A DNA stretch of 64,000 nt from Azolla caroliniana (lineage: Eukaryota > Plantae > Polypodiophyta): assembly GCA_043228905.1 (NCBI GenBank), contig JBHGNT010000014.1, positions 124,001 through 188,000 on the forward strand, written 5' to 3'. Numbering within the stretch: the first letter of the stretch is position 1; the number at the start of each line of letters is the position of its first letter. Both the position numbers and the translations under genes were made by a program. Positions 1-11,264 of this stretch are shown one piece after another. The notes below the pieces were generated by a model that was not told the DNA's origin, did no database searches, and saw only the letters and a program-made list of their open reading frames with translations.

Positions 1-1
1 T

Positions 2-2956
2 GTGCGTGGTCCGGTCTGCCCACAAAGCATAAGGTAGCAGCCGCGGCCAGTTACCGACTTGACCTCCGCATGCCCGAATCAACGCCTTGACGATCGGTCC
101 GTGTCCGCGCTCCACCTTTCCATTCGCCTCCGGATTGTACGCAGTGGTGAGCGAGAGCTTGACTCCAAGCCGGTCGAACAGCTCCGCGGCCTCTTCGGCG
201 TCCAACTCCCCTCGGTCAGCCACGATCTTCCCGACGCACCCGTACCGGCATATCACGTCCTCGACTAGGAACCGACACACGGCCGCGGTCGTCTTGTTCT
301 GAAGGGCTCGGCCTTCCACCTGGTTCGTCAGGTCTTCCCGCGCTAGGACCAGATACCGCATCTGTCCTACCCCCATCGGCATCGTCACCAGATCTACCAT
401 CCATTTGAAGTGGATAGTCGGAGGGTACGTAGGGTGAAGCCCGTCCCGGTGTCGGACTATCGAGTGCATCTGACAACTCTCGCAAGTTGACACGAACCGA
501 TGCACGTCCCGGTACAATCCCGGCCACCAGTACTTTCCCTTCAGCTTCTCAAACGTCGCCCACGTTCCACGGTGTCCAGCCCAAGGGCTGTCGTGGTAGG
601 CCGCCAGTAGCTCCTCCTGTTCTTCCTTCATCGCCACCACTCGGAGCGGGACGCCGTCCCTCTTCTTCGGGTGCTTCCATAGATGCCCATCTCGGAGAAA
701 GAATCGATATGCTTTCTTCCGGATCCGGTTGGCCTCGTCCTTCGTCCATGACGCATCGGGCGTCATCGTCTTCAAAAACCCGCCGATCTGCAGCCATTCC
801 CCGTCGTACTTGCTCGCGTCGAACTCGTTAAGCGCCGGAGTGCTCATCCCGTCGGTCGTTATGTATGCCGCCTCGAAGAAATCCACGCCGACTTCTTCGT
901 CTTCCGAAACCATGCCGCCCTCGTCGTCGAACCTCGCCCTCGAAAGCATGTCGGCCATGGCGTTGTCTTTCCCGGAAATGTGTCGTATTTCCGGGTCCAG
1001 GGACTTGATGTACGCTATCCACCTGAGCATCGCCAGGTCCGGAGTCGCGCATCCGGAAACCATACCGAGAATCGGCAGGCAATCCGTCTCGATGATCACT
1101 TCCGTCCCTATCAGGTAGTCTTTGTCGGCCTTAACCGCCGAAACAATACCCCAGAGTTCGCGTTTAACCTGGGCGTACCCTCGCTGCCGTTCACTGAGGA
1201 CTTTCGCGCCAAATCGGATCGGAAACCGATTGCCGTCCTCGTCTTCCTGGTTCACGACCCATCCGATCCCGGTCGGACTGGTATCCACCGTTATGAATAC
1301 CGGGGTACCCTTCCCGTAAACCGCCTTCCGGAGTGCCGGTGCCGCTGCAAGGGCCTCTTTCAGCTTCCGGACCGATTCCGCGTGCTTGTCTAGCCATTCG
1401 AACCTTCGCCCCTTTTTCAGCAACCCGTACAGTGGCTCCGCGACGTGTGCGTAATGCGGGATCCATATGTGGTAGAACGCGCATGCCCCCAGGAATCTCC
1501 GTACTTCCGTGACCGAGCTGCAGTCGGGCTTCATCGCGGAGATGGCTTCTACCTTCGCCGGAGACGGTTTCCGGCCATATGGTCCGCACAGGTGTCCGAC
1601 CACCATGATTTCTGACTGCCCGAAGGCCGACTTCTCCCCGGAGAAGGTGAGTCTCGCATCCTCTAGCCTTTGCAGCACCTTCTCGCAGTCGTCGACGTGC
1701 GTCGCCACGAATCGCCGGCATCCGTCCGGCCCGATCGTCTCGTCCTTTTCTTCCACCGGGCATCCCTTGATCGGGATGTCGTCCAGAAACGGCATGGTAA
1801 TGTCCGGGACACAGTCCCTCAGAACCTTGTTCATCGCATTCACCATGTGGGCCACCGAGTTGGTCCCTCCTTGCGGCAGTGTACACATCCGAACTAGGCC
1901 GAGGGGAGTTCGCATCGTCGTAAGGTCTCTGCTCTCCACGGCCAGCTGGAACTGGTCGTACCCTGAGTATAGATCCCCGACCGAGTAAATTGACCTTCCG
2001 GCGAAGGCCTCCGCGAACTCGTCTATGGTCGGTCCGATTCCTGCGTTCCGAATGGTCACTCGATTGACCGGCTGCAGGTCCTGGATGAAGCGCAGCGAAC
2101 CGTTTTTCTTCGGTACGGTAAACCATCGATTCGAATATGGGGCGCTCGACGGCTCGAGAATTCCCATATCAACTTTCTGCCTCAGCAGCTCCATCAACTT
2201 CGGGATGTGAGCTCTCGGAACCGGGATTGGCTTGAGATTCCATGGTACATGCGGTACCGTGAATATCACCATCGGCTCCACGATCGTCGGGTCAACGCAC
2301 CCGATTTCCTCCGGCGAGAATGCGAAGGCTTTCCCGTGCCTTCCGAGCATTCTCCGAAACCGGTCTTCCTCCGCCGGCAGTAGGAACCCGCCCCCACCGA
2401 TTTTGAGCTCTCGGAGCGTCTCGTCAGTGAAGGTGTGCCCTATGCAGGCCGGATCTCGTAGACTAGGGTCTGACGCAACCCCTTTGATTCTCGACGCGCT
2501 GTCCTCCGGTAAGGGTGCCGCTACTGGCCTTACCTTCCGGTCCACAGTCTTGTACTTGGTGTTTACGTGGGCCGTCCGAACTGACTCGAGCCCTCGACCG
2601 AAGTCCGCGATGACTTCGTACATCTCCTCGGAACACACCGGTATCGTCCGGTTGTCGTTAAGGCCTTCTTCGACTACCTTTCCCAGCATTCCCAAGGTGT
2701 CGTCGAATGAGACCGCCTCCACGGCTCCGTTGATTTCCTCGTCCGGGCCGAGAACTCCGCACGCTCGAAGTCTCGCCTCCGTCTTTGTTTTCTCTCGGCC
2801 GGCGATGCCGACCATCGCACACGCTCCGTTGTCGGAGAACAAAAATTCCCTACCTATGGTACAAGGTTTCTTCGGTTTTATCGTACAGGTGTGGGGTTTT
2901 CCCGGGGTGTCCGGACTGTCGCGGCCCCACGCCTTGGCAGCCCTCTCTAAAAATCC
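2..2956 (-). CDS. pol ORF (RT-RNase H-integrase), open to the window edge, in the -1 frame relative to gag-PR
   Basis: Manual translation: TKYKTVDRKVRPVAAPLP, RT motif MPFLDDIPIKG (FLDD 1778-1789), RNase H TDASPTGIGW, IN core AYNPEANGKVERGH...WPRLLPYALWADRTT; the FLDD and IN-core codons share the frame of the shifted site, and the track lists no terminated ORF in this frame. Confidence 0.9.
2891..2956 (-). promoter_or_regulatory. Predicted -1 programmed ribosomal frameshift signal (G GAU UUU plus pseudoknot)
   Basis: Heptamer 2950-2956 directly before the ORF1 stop; 6-nt spacer; stem 1 GGGCUG(2938-2943)/CAGUCC(2913-2918); stem 2 GUGGGG(2925-2930)/CCCCAC(2891-2896). Confidence 0.75.
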
Positions 2957-5073
2957 TCTCGGTTATCGGAACCGAGGGAGTCGCGGTTACGCTCGTGGTT
3001 CGGCCTAACCGTCAAAAACTGGACCGAATGGCGGCCGTCCTGGCTCTTGACCCGCGCATAGGCCGAACCATTGTCCAGCACCTTGGTCTCCATTCGCGCC
3101 GCCGTGATGTACGGCTCTCCCAGTATGACCGGATGCGAAGACGTCTCCTGCACGAAGAAGTGCTGGTCAATCTCGACGTCGCCGATCTTGACTCGCACAT
3201 TCGGACAGGCCCCGTGCAGTTCCTCGGTGGCGCGCGTTGCTGCCCTTATTTTCCACCCGTGCTTGGTGTTGATCGGCCATTTGCCCTTTTTATAGAAGTC
3301 CATGGACATCAAATTGATCTCCGATCCGTGGTCCACCAAAGCTATCACCGGTTCCTGGACATCGCCGATCTTCACCGGGGTTTCCGTGGTCGCTCGGGCC
3401 CAGTGCGGTCTCGAATAGTGGCTTTCCGCCCACTCGTCTCCCAGCGCCATGTCGTCTAGGTGCGTCGTCCGCACTTCCACCGGTCTTTCCGGTTCTGTCT
3501 CCGTTGACAGCCTCTTCCGTTTCACCAAGTCCACGATGGAGTCGTGGAACTCCTTCTTGGCGATTCCAAGCACCTCCCGTAGCGACAGCTCCACCTTGCT
3601 GTCGAGGATCCGTTCCTCCAGGACCTTTCGTAAGTCCGTGGTTCTTTCTATCTCCGTCCCCAGACGGTACCCGCCCTTCTGGGGTTTATCTTGCGTACCG
3701 GCCCTGCCGGCTTCGTCCCGTCGTGGCCCGGACCGGGTCTCGTATCGTTGTGAGGGCCCGGTCGTCCCGGGTTTTCCCACCCGCTTCTCTTCTACCAGAG
3801 CCTCGTAGTTCCGGCAAGCGGCTTCCACGAAGCCCGTCCTTTCCTCGACCGGGTCGCTCCACCCGGTCATCTCCCGTACCCGTTTCTCCGCACGGTCCGA
3901 TTCCTCCCTTTTAAGCCCTGCACCGGCAAGGCCTTCCAGCATCGTCGGCCAGAATCCGGCTTTGCTTTCCTTTCGGGCCTCGCCGCCCCCGACTCGAATG
4001 CCGGCCGACGCCGAGTAGTGGACGGTTTCCGCGTGTCGGGCCGCCGCCTCTTCCATCAACCTTTTCATACCACCCTTTCCGTCGTTTCGGCTCAGGGCCC
4101 TTCGGGTGTCGCTGGCATGCACCCGTCCTTCCCACAGGTACACCACCCGGTCCCTCAGCGCCTCCGCGAAGTCGCCGCAGTCCTTCCGAACGTGGCCGAC
4201 TTCATCGCACCACATGCACCTGTTTCCTGCCGCCGGCCGTCGGTCACGAGCCGGTTCGCCTCCTTCCCTTCGGGCCTGCGCGATTTGGAGGTCCTTTATC
4301 GCCTTCGTCAATTCCTCCAGCGCCGCTCCTCCGGCTGAGCCTCTGACTACGCCGGTCGAAGCCGAACCGGTTTCCAACCACTCCCGGGTCTCTTCCTTGC
4401 GCACCTGTGGCGCTGGTTCGAGCTTCCTTGCTGCGACCGAGCCCGACCCAGTCGGTCCGTTATCCGCCCATTCTCGCCGTTTGTCGAAACGGCCACAGAC
4501 CTTCCTGACAGCCGCCCAGTCGGTAGTGAGCCCGTCTTCGGTTTCCAGCAAGAGGCCCACTTGCTCCCGATCCCGCTCGTCGACCGACTTGACAAACAGC
4601 AAGACCCGGCTCGTGTCCAGGATGGTTCGGTCGAGCGCCGAAAGGCGCGCAAAGTTTTCCTCGAACTCCCGGAGGAGTGCCGACGCGTTTCTTCCCTTCC
4701 CCGGGGACTCCACCCATTCCATGAACCTTCGCTTCGAAAGCCGGAGCGCGTCGTCCAGCCCGTATTTCTCTAGGAGCCGACCTTCGAACTCCTCCCAGGT
4801 ACGGCTCTCCGCCCGCACCTCGAGCACCTCCGCATGGATGCTCGGTATTGCCACTCGGGGAAAACCGGCAAGACGCCTTTCTTCCGGAATGTCCCGCATC
4901 AACATTTCTGCACCGTAGGACGCCAGATACTTCGTGGCATCCCTCCCATCGAACCGGCCGATCGTGCCGACGACCGCCTCAATAGCTCTGTCGAGGGCAC
5001 CGGTACCCTCGCGCGCGTTTACGATCCGATCCACGGCCGAAGCCATGGCCTCTGCGAGATCCGACCCCCTCAT
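2947..5073 (-). CDS. gag-protease polyprotein (ORF1)
   Basis: 717-aa track ORF (GTG at 5100; first ATG at 5073) with zinc knuckle CMWCDEVGHVRKDC and aspartic protease motif ALVDHGSEINLM; ends EDF-stop. Confidence 0.92.
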   Translation of the reverse strand: MRGSDLAEAMASAVDRIVNAREGTGALDRAIEAVVGTIGRFDGRDATKYLASYGAEMLMRDIPEERRLAGFPRVAIPSIHAEVLEVRAESRTWEEFEGRLLEKYGLDDALRLSKRRFMEWVESPGKGRNASALLREFEENFARLSALDRTILDTSRVLLFVKSVDERDREQVGLLLETEDGLTTDWAAVRKVCGRFDKRREWADNGPTGSGSVAARKLEPAPQVRKEETREWLETGSASTGVVRGSAGGAALEELTKAIKDLQIAQARREGGEPARDRRPAAGNRCMWCDEVGHVRKDCGDFAEALRDRVVYLWEGRVHASDTRRALSRNDGKGGMKRLMEEAAARHAETVHYSASAGIRVGGGEARKESKAGFWPTMLEGLAGAGLKREESDRAEKRVREMTGWSDPVEERTGFVEAACRNYEALVEEKRVGKPGTTGPSQRYETRSGPRRDEAGRAGTQDKPQKGGYRLGTEIERTTDLRKVLEERILDSKVELSLREVLGIAKKEFHDSIVDLVKRKRLSTETEPERPVEVRTTHLDDMALGDEWAESHYSRPHWARATTETPVKIGDVQEPVIALVDHGSEINLMSMDFYKKGKWPINTKHGWKIRAATRATEELHGACPNVRVKIGDVEIDQHFFVQETSSHPVILGEPYITAARMETKVLDNGSAYARVKSQDGRHSVQFLTVRPNHERNRDSLGSDNREDF

Positions 5074-5095
5074 CTTCTGCTCTTCTGCCGCCTCT

Positions 5096-5113
5096 TTCAC
5101 GTCGGGTTCACCA
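5096..5113 (-). promoter_or_regulatory. Primer-binding site complementary to the tRNA-Trp(CCA) 3' end
   Basis: TGGTGAACCCGACGTGAA, 4 nt from the LTR terminal CA; complementary to the plant tRNA-Trp 3' end TTCACGTCGGGTTCACCA (recalled sequence). Confidence 0.85.
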
Positions 5114-5117
5114 AAGA

Positions 5118-5916
5118 TGTCGAGATATTACGCAAGTGCGTGTGGAATAGAGGCGGGACCGCGGGGGTCTCGAACCAAAGAGCAAGCGAGGGAGGAGAAA
5201 GAGAGAGAACCGGCTACGCAGGACCGGGGATACGCAGGGACACGGCCCTTCAGCACGGAGAACGCGAACAGACACCGACACAGACGGATGCGAATGACTA
5301 AATATGTGTATTAACAAAATGGCTAACACGACTACAACCCCCGATGGGGCACAGGTTGGTTGCAACCGAACAGGCCGGCGAACAGATGCCGATGCCTGTT
5401 CGCTTCGACGCTCAAACGGGGAAATGGGGGGGGGTAGCAGGTCGGAGGTGCTGCCGGAAGCACTCGGGCGTTCCTCGAAACAGCGCGAGCCTCCCCGGAA
5501 CCCTGCACAGAAAGCTTTGGAGCTCCAGAAGGAAGGAAACAGAGGGAGCGAAGCGTCCAGAAACGGTCCGACAGCACTTCGTCCTCTCCGCGCCAGATCC
5601 CTGCAACAGCTCTTTCCCGCTCCTTATATAGGCCGACGAACAGGCCGTCGTGTCAGCTTTATTCCCTGTCCCTTTTGGACAGGGATCCGCTCCGTTTTTC
5701 ACGGATCCGCGTAGTTACGCCGCCGACTCGTACAGTTCGCGCGCGCGACCGAAAAGACTGTTCGCGCGGTCTTTGTCTCCACTTGAGTTAGGGCCCGTTC
5801 CTGCCGATTATCCTCTCAATTCGTTTCTATGTACAACTCGGAGCGTGCGCGCGTGAAGAACCGGTTCCCACGCCTTGGTGCGCCGATTCCGCCTATAGAC
5901 GGTTTTCTTCACGACA
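5118..5916 (-). repeat. 5' LTR (799 bp) of the gypsy element
   Basis: TG...CA ends with 5-bp inverted termini, adjacent PBS, TATA-like CTATATAAGG near 5622-5631 on the minus strand. Confidence 0.9.
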
Positions 5917-7078
5917 GCGTATCCCTTCGCCACTAACCGGGCTTTGTACCGGTTAACAGAACCGTCGGCGTTGTACTTGACCTTGTACACCCACTTGCAT
6001 CCGATCGGTTTACAGTGACGGGGAGGATCAACTAGGTCCCAAGTTTCGTTGGCATTGAGTGCCCGCATTTCTTCGTCCATAGCGACACGCCAATTTGCGT
6101 CCTTTGCCGCTTCTGCGTAGCTCTCCGGCTCACGCACTTCCGTTACTTTAGTCATGTACGCATAATGATGCGCCATGTATTCATTGTACCCGTACCGCAT
6201 GACGAGATCCTTCTGACGGGTTGATCGGCGCAACGCACCGTCACCTGAATTGAGGCCCTTCTTGGCCAGTTCGATCTTCGTTGCCGAAGACCCGCCTTTC
6301 TCCTTTCTGGAGTCGGATACGCATCGATCCGACTCATCGTTGCCGATTTCGAATTCCGGCATCTTCCTCTTCCCCTTTTCTTTGCGCGTGAACCGTTTCC
6401 TCGGTTCCTTGTGCGGGGAGAGCACGGCAGAGTCTCCACCACTTGCCGTCTCTTCATCCGACTGGTCCAACCGACTCAGTCGCTCGTTCGGTCCACTCAA
6501 CCGTAACGATTCCGGACACTCATCTTGAGTCCCAACTTCATCATCCTCTACTAGGGCTGATTCAGGCTCACTGGCTTGATCTTCCGGCCTTGGGTCGGGA
6601 TCGGAAGTCGAAGTCGGTACGGAGTACCAGGATGCCGATTCATCGAACTCGACATCCCAGCTAACTTGGACTTCCTTCGTCCGGGGGTTATAGCACTTAT
6701 ACCCCTTTTGCTCTTGAGCATAGCCGACTAGGATGCATTTTTCCGATTTTGCATCCAACTTTCTCCGCTTCTAATCCGACACATGCACATACGCTATGCT
6801 TGCCGAATATCCGAAGGTGTCTTAAGTTCGGCTTGCGCCCGAAATACAGCTCATGAGCTGACACCTTGTCACCAATGCGGTTTTGTATGTAGACGGCCGT
6901 CTGGACCGCCTCCGCCCAGTAGAATCGGGGCATGCTCTTTTCCTCCAGCATTGCCCTTGCCGCTTCGACGAGTGTCTGGTTCTTCCTTTCGACCACACCG
7001 TTTTGCTCCGGTGTGTATCTGCAGCTGAACTCTCGCCGAATTCCCTTCTGTTGCAGATAACTAGTGAATTGGCTGGAA
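5917..7078 (-). mobile_element. Ty1/copia fragment (integrase to RT N-terminus), same family as 35176-41106
   Basis: Near-identical to 37624-38785; YTPEQNGVVERKN, PIGCKWVYKVK, YKARLVAKGY; carries a frameshift and a stop near 6770-6805. Confidence 0.93.
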
Positions 7079-8220
7079 GATGTTGGTATATCCGCCTCCA
7101 TAATTTCTTTCTACAAAATAATTTTACCTGTTGCAAATCAGATCAAAGCATCTATGTTCTTTGTAACAATGAAAAACATACTATTGTTGCGGTATATGTT
7201 GATGATATAATCATCATGGCCAATACATTTTCAGCCACCCAATATTTGAAAGACATCTTGAATGCAGAATTTGACATGGAAGAGATGGGTGCCATCTCCT
7301 TTTGATTAGGGATTGACATTTTATACAATCAAGATAAAAGAGTTATTCACTTCTCCCAACAAGGATACAGTTCACAAATATTGGAAAGGTTTCATATGGC
7401 AAGTTGTTATCCAACAAGCACACCTATGGAAGGACTGTCACACCTTTCAAATCTTCATAACAAAGGTGACACGGTAAATTTTCCATACAGGTCATTAATT
7501 GGCTCTCTTATGTATGCTAGTATTTGTACAAGACCGGATATTTCATTTGCAACTAATAAACTAAGTCAATTCTTAGAGAACCCTAGCATTACTCATTGGA
7601 AAGCTGCAAAACGAATCTTAAAATATTTAAAAGGGACGAGTGACTTGGGACTTACATTTCAAGCTAGTTCCTCAGATATGAGATTGCATGTGGATGCTGA
7701 TTGGGCAAGTGATCCCACCGATCGAAAATCTATTTCTGGCTATTGTGTTTTTATGGGCAACGTGGTAGCTCTATGGGGAAGCAAAAAACAAAACAGTGTG
7801 GCATTATCAACAACAGAGGCAGAATATATGGCATTGGCATATGGAATCAAAGAAGTTTTATGGCCATCCAACCTAATCAACGAATCCGGTCTACATGTAA
7901 ATAAACCCATTCCAACACTCAATGATAATCGAGCTGCGGTATTTATGGCCAAAAATTCAGGAAGTACAAAGCGTGCTAAACATGTGGATATCAAGTATCA
8001 TTTTGTGAAGGATAACATTGAGCAAAGGGACATCATACTAGAACATTGTTCGAGCATAGACATGGCAGCAGACATTCTTACAAAGCCATTGGATACACAC
8101 AAATTTAAGAAATGTAGAGACATGTTGGGCATGAGCTCTCGCAACATACTTGAGCATCCTCCACGTCGGGGGGATTGAAGCACCTTTTTGCCGAGGAAGA
8201 AAATATCCAAGAGTTCAATC
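7072..8220 (+). mobile_element. Second, AT-rich Ty1/copia fragment: RT C-terminus, RNase H, PPT and start of 3' LTR
   Basis: VAVYVDDII, TRPDISFA, VDADWASDPTDRKSISGY, VALSTTEAEY, ADILTKPL; purine tract near 8168-8174 then TGAAGCACCTTTTTG at 8176, the same start as the solo LTR at 33795. Confidence 0.9.
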
Positions 8221-8396
8221 TTTTACTCTCTCTTTTTTCTTTTATCACAACTATAAAAATAGTTGGCTCAAAAAAAATTGAATTAGCTAGATTCGAGGGT
8301 TTTGGGAAATTCTAGGTGGAATAATCACCTCCAGTTGTCTCCTACATTGGCCGCAAAATTCACAATCTTACTTGAACACTAACATGCTCCTGGGAC

Positions 8397-8656
8397 TATG
8401 AATTGGCAACGGTTTGGTTTTGGCTTAGCCAGTTTGGCCTTGTCCGAACCAAACTGACTAATAAGCCTACACCAGTTCATAAACTGGTTTAGCCAAGCTG
8501 ATCACGCCTTCATCGGCCTAGAAACCGGCTTGGTTCAACTTGACCCATCCCAAACCAAGATCAAACGACTTTAAAAAGCTCAAGCCTAAACCAGCCGAAT
8601 AGCCAAACAGTTTATTGGTTCAGTTTAGGCTTGAGCCAAGCCGTTGCCAACTTCTA
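8397..8656. mobile_element. hAT-like MITE
   Basis: Imperfect TIRs TATGAATTGGCAACGG / CCGTTGCCAACTTCTA; 8-bp TSD CCTGGGAC/CCTTGGAC; AAACC subterminal repeats; paralog at 34829-35081. Confidence 0.7.
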
Positions 8657-8889
8657 CCTTGGACTTTGCCCTACCGTGGGCTAAACCCTTTTGTCGGTGT
8701 AGCCTTTCCCAGTATACCCCTCTGCTGGTGTGATGTGTCTAATCATTAACAATGCTTAAGAGAAAAACAATGGCAAACGTGGATTTGCCGCACTTGTAAG
8801 TTATATGCAATAGGTAAAGCGTATGAATCCCTTTGCCTATGTATTGCTATAATTAGGAATAGCTCACCCCGAAAAAAAAATGTGGGATC

Positions 8890-9340
8890 CGCACGAAACA
8901 AGGTTTCTTCAGATATCCATCTAGCTTCGCAACACAGTCTCCCTTTCCATTTGATCAAGAATTTAGAATTTCCATCGCACGTTTGTTGTTTTAATATCAT
9001 TTCAGTTTCTTCACATATATTACTCTTTCGGGCTTCCAGTGTTTAGATTCATGAAATCTTTTGAGCTAATTTACATGAAATGTATCACACACCTTGACCA
9101 AGCTATGCAATTTCAACTTGTGAATGGCCCTATTGAAACTTTGGAGCGCTTCATAATGTCCATAATAACAATGGTTAAATTTGGTTGAGAGTTATCTAAG
9201 TAATGACCAATGAGCGCTTAGTAGAACCAAGTCTCCTTTGAAAATTTATGTGTTGATGATTTTTGTTACCTATCTGAACTATTTGTCCTTTGATCACTGT
9301 AAGCTTTGTTGTACAACTCCCATTGTTATTTGTCAATATG
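8890..9340 (-). mobile_element. Degraded chromovirus integrase C-terminus with chromodomain
   Basis: DTFHVN*LKR followed by ILKQ...KFLIKWKGR...EARWISEE, a chromodomain-like aromatic pattern. Confidence 0.6.
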
Positions 9341-9689
9341 TAGGAGATTCAAAACGATTGCGCAATTTTATATTGGCGTGACTGAAACGAACATGCAAGC
9401 AAGAGGTACTGAGATGAAGGAATATAGAAAAAGAGAAACAAAAATATTTGTAACGTCCTTAAGAGGCCAAAATAGCCTTTTCCTTGTGTCCTTAAGTTCA
9501 GGCAAGAAAACCGCATGCACTATAGGTCTTCATATTCCATTACCTTTAGTGGTGGGCCAAATTCTTGCTTAAACAGGCAATGGTATCTCTTCTTATTTAA
9601 TAAGAAACACTACAATGACAAGTATAATTTTCTTCAAATTCCAATCCCTTGTCCTCTTGCTTTTTTATCCTAGCTTCTCAAATAAGTCT

Positions 9690-9875
9690 TCTTAATAGAC
9701 GAGTAAAGGGAGCAATAGGAATTTGAGGAGGAGTAGGAAGGAGAACTTCCACGTCTACCTTCAGAAGCTTTGCTATTGTCGCCCCAGTCATTGAGAGTGA
9801 GATCCTCAACTGCCTTTCGTAAAACTCACCTCCACCAAACTGTACCTGGCCTTGGTCTCTCCTCAACAGGCAAGG
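9690..9875 (+). pseudogene. Inverted, degraded copy of PUR7 exon 1
   Basis: Reverse complement resembles about 31787-31975 ([28 protein letters not shown] then GT donor); in-frame stops. Confidence 0.85.
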
Positions 9876-10603
9876 TATGTTCATGTATGTGTGTGTATAT
9901 CAAAGGGGCATCACATATGATCCTACATTTGATCATACGCTATAGATTGCAAGAAATGTATACAAGGAAATATACAAATGATGGGCATTCTCGACTTTGC
10001 ATTTAACCTAGAGTTTTTCATATGTTACTTCTTTCACCCTTTTGATTCAAACACCAGAATGGAGATAGAAGTAGCACGTGAAAAACTCTAGGTTAAATAC
10101 CAAACAGTTGCAATAAACTAGGAATAAGAGGGAATATATTGGCAAAAGTGGAAGAGAGAAACGGCATTCAAAGCATTGCAGATCCTAGAGAGAGAAGGCA
10201 TTTAAAGAGTTGTAGATTCTAGAGAGAGAAGAATTTGAGTAAAGAGAGAATGTCGTACAGAGACAATAAAGATGAAAGAGAGTGCAGGTCTGGAGTTGCC
10301 ACCCTCCTACACAAAATAAGTTCATTTTGCATGGTTTTAGGAAATTTATGACCTGATATAAAATATATTACAATGTTAATGTTTCTTTCACTAGTGGAGA
10401 GGGTAATGTTTCTTGGACATGTGAAAATGTTTGGATTTTTGGAATATTGCTGTACTTATATTCAGACTTTTTGCATTTTTGGAATACTTATGTATATGAT
10501 ATACATTTCTGGTTACCTATGTATGTCATTTCGAGTGTCTTATGTTTTCTTCTTCTTCATGAACTAAGAGACAATCTGTCTTATTTTTCTGTTTGTAAAG
10601 ATA

Positions 10604-11237
10604 AGAAGAATGTTTGATGTCTACTAATTCACAGTTTTTAGGATCACCCGTCATTTTTCACAAATGCAATGTGTCTTACAACTCTTTTAATTGTAATATG
10701 TGTCTTGCATCTAAATGTTGTGAATGCAATGTATCTTGCGAATGTAATTTGCCTTGCATTGATATGCCGTGAAAATATAAGTACAAACAATGTTCATCTT
10801 TTTGGATTATCAATTTATATCAGCTTAACTGTTTTGGGCCAAACTGGTTAAGATTTAATTGGTTTAGGGATAGGTTTGATTTGGTTTGGTACGGTTCAGG
10901 TTTGAGAACCCTAAACCGGTTTGGTTTAGGGTTCTCAAACCTGGACCGTACCAAAACCAAATCAAACCTATCCCTAAACCAATTAAATCTTAACCAGTTT
11001 GGCCCAAAACAGTTAAGCTAATATAAATTGATAATCCAAAAAGATTAACATTGTTTGTACTCATATTTTCACGACATTTCAATGCAAGGCAAATTACATT
11101 CGCAAGATACATTGCATTCACAACATTTAGATGCAAGACACATATTACAATTAAAAGAGTTGTAAGACACATTGCATTTGTGAAAAATGACGGGTGATCC
11201 TAAAAAATGTGAATTAGTAGACATCAAACATTCTTCT
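10604..11237. repeat. Long near-perfect inverted repeat (arms about 314 bp, 5-nt loop)
   Basis: 10604-10917 is the reverse complement of 10923-11237; the same 60-aa spurious ORF appears on opposite strands (10669+, 10990-); single-arm source at about 32240-32550. Confidence 0.95.
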
Positions 11238-11264
11238 CACACTCGAACCACCCCCCACCCATAA

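Larger units (their letters stand above)
1..5916 (-). mobile_element. Ty3/gypsy LTR retrotransposon, GC-rich, apparently intact, 3' part beyond window start; inserted into a copia copy
   Basis: 5' LTR 5118-5916 with inverted termini TGTCG...CGACA; PBS 5096-5113; gag-PR ORF, then RT-RH-IN in gypsy order; the flank at 5917 is copia RT (AKGYA) matching 37624 onward. Confidence 0.95.

Noticed and set aside
5096-5113. Possible tRNA-Trp gene on the plus strand
   Set aside because: Only the last 18 nt including CCA are present, next to an LTR end; this is a PBS
59-5856. Many overlapping 60-311 aa ORFs on both strands in the GC-rich gypsy, and likewise at 35500-40700
   Set aside because: Shadow ORFs of GC-rich gag/pol and LTR sequence with no independent motifs
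10855-10990. CCCTAAA/TTTAGGG motifs resembling an interstitial telomere or fusion site
   Set aside because: Isolated motifs among AAACC subterminal-type repeats also present at 32195-32300; no tandem telomeric array
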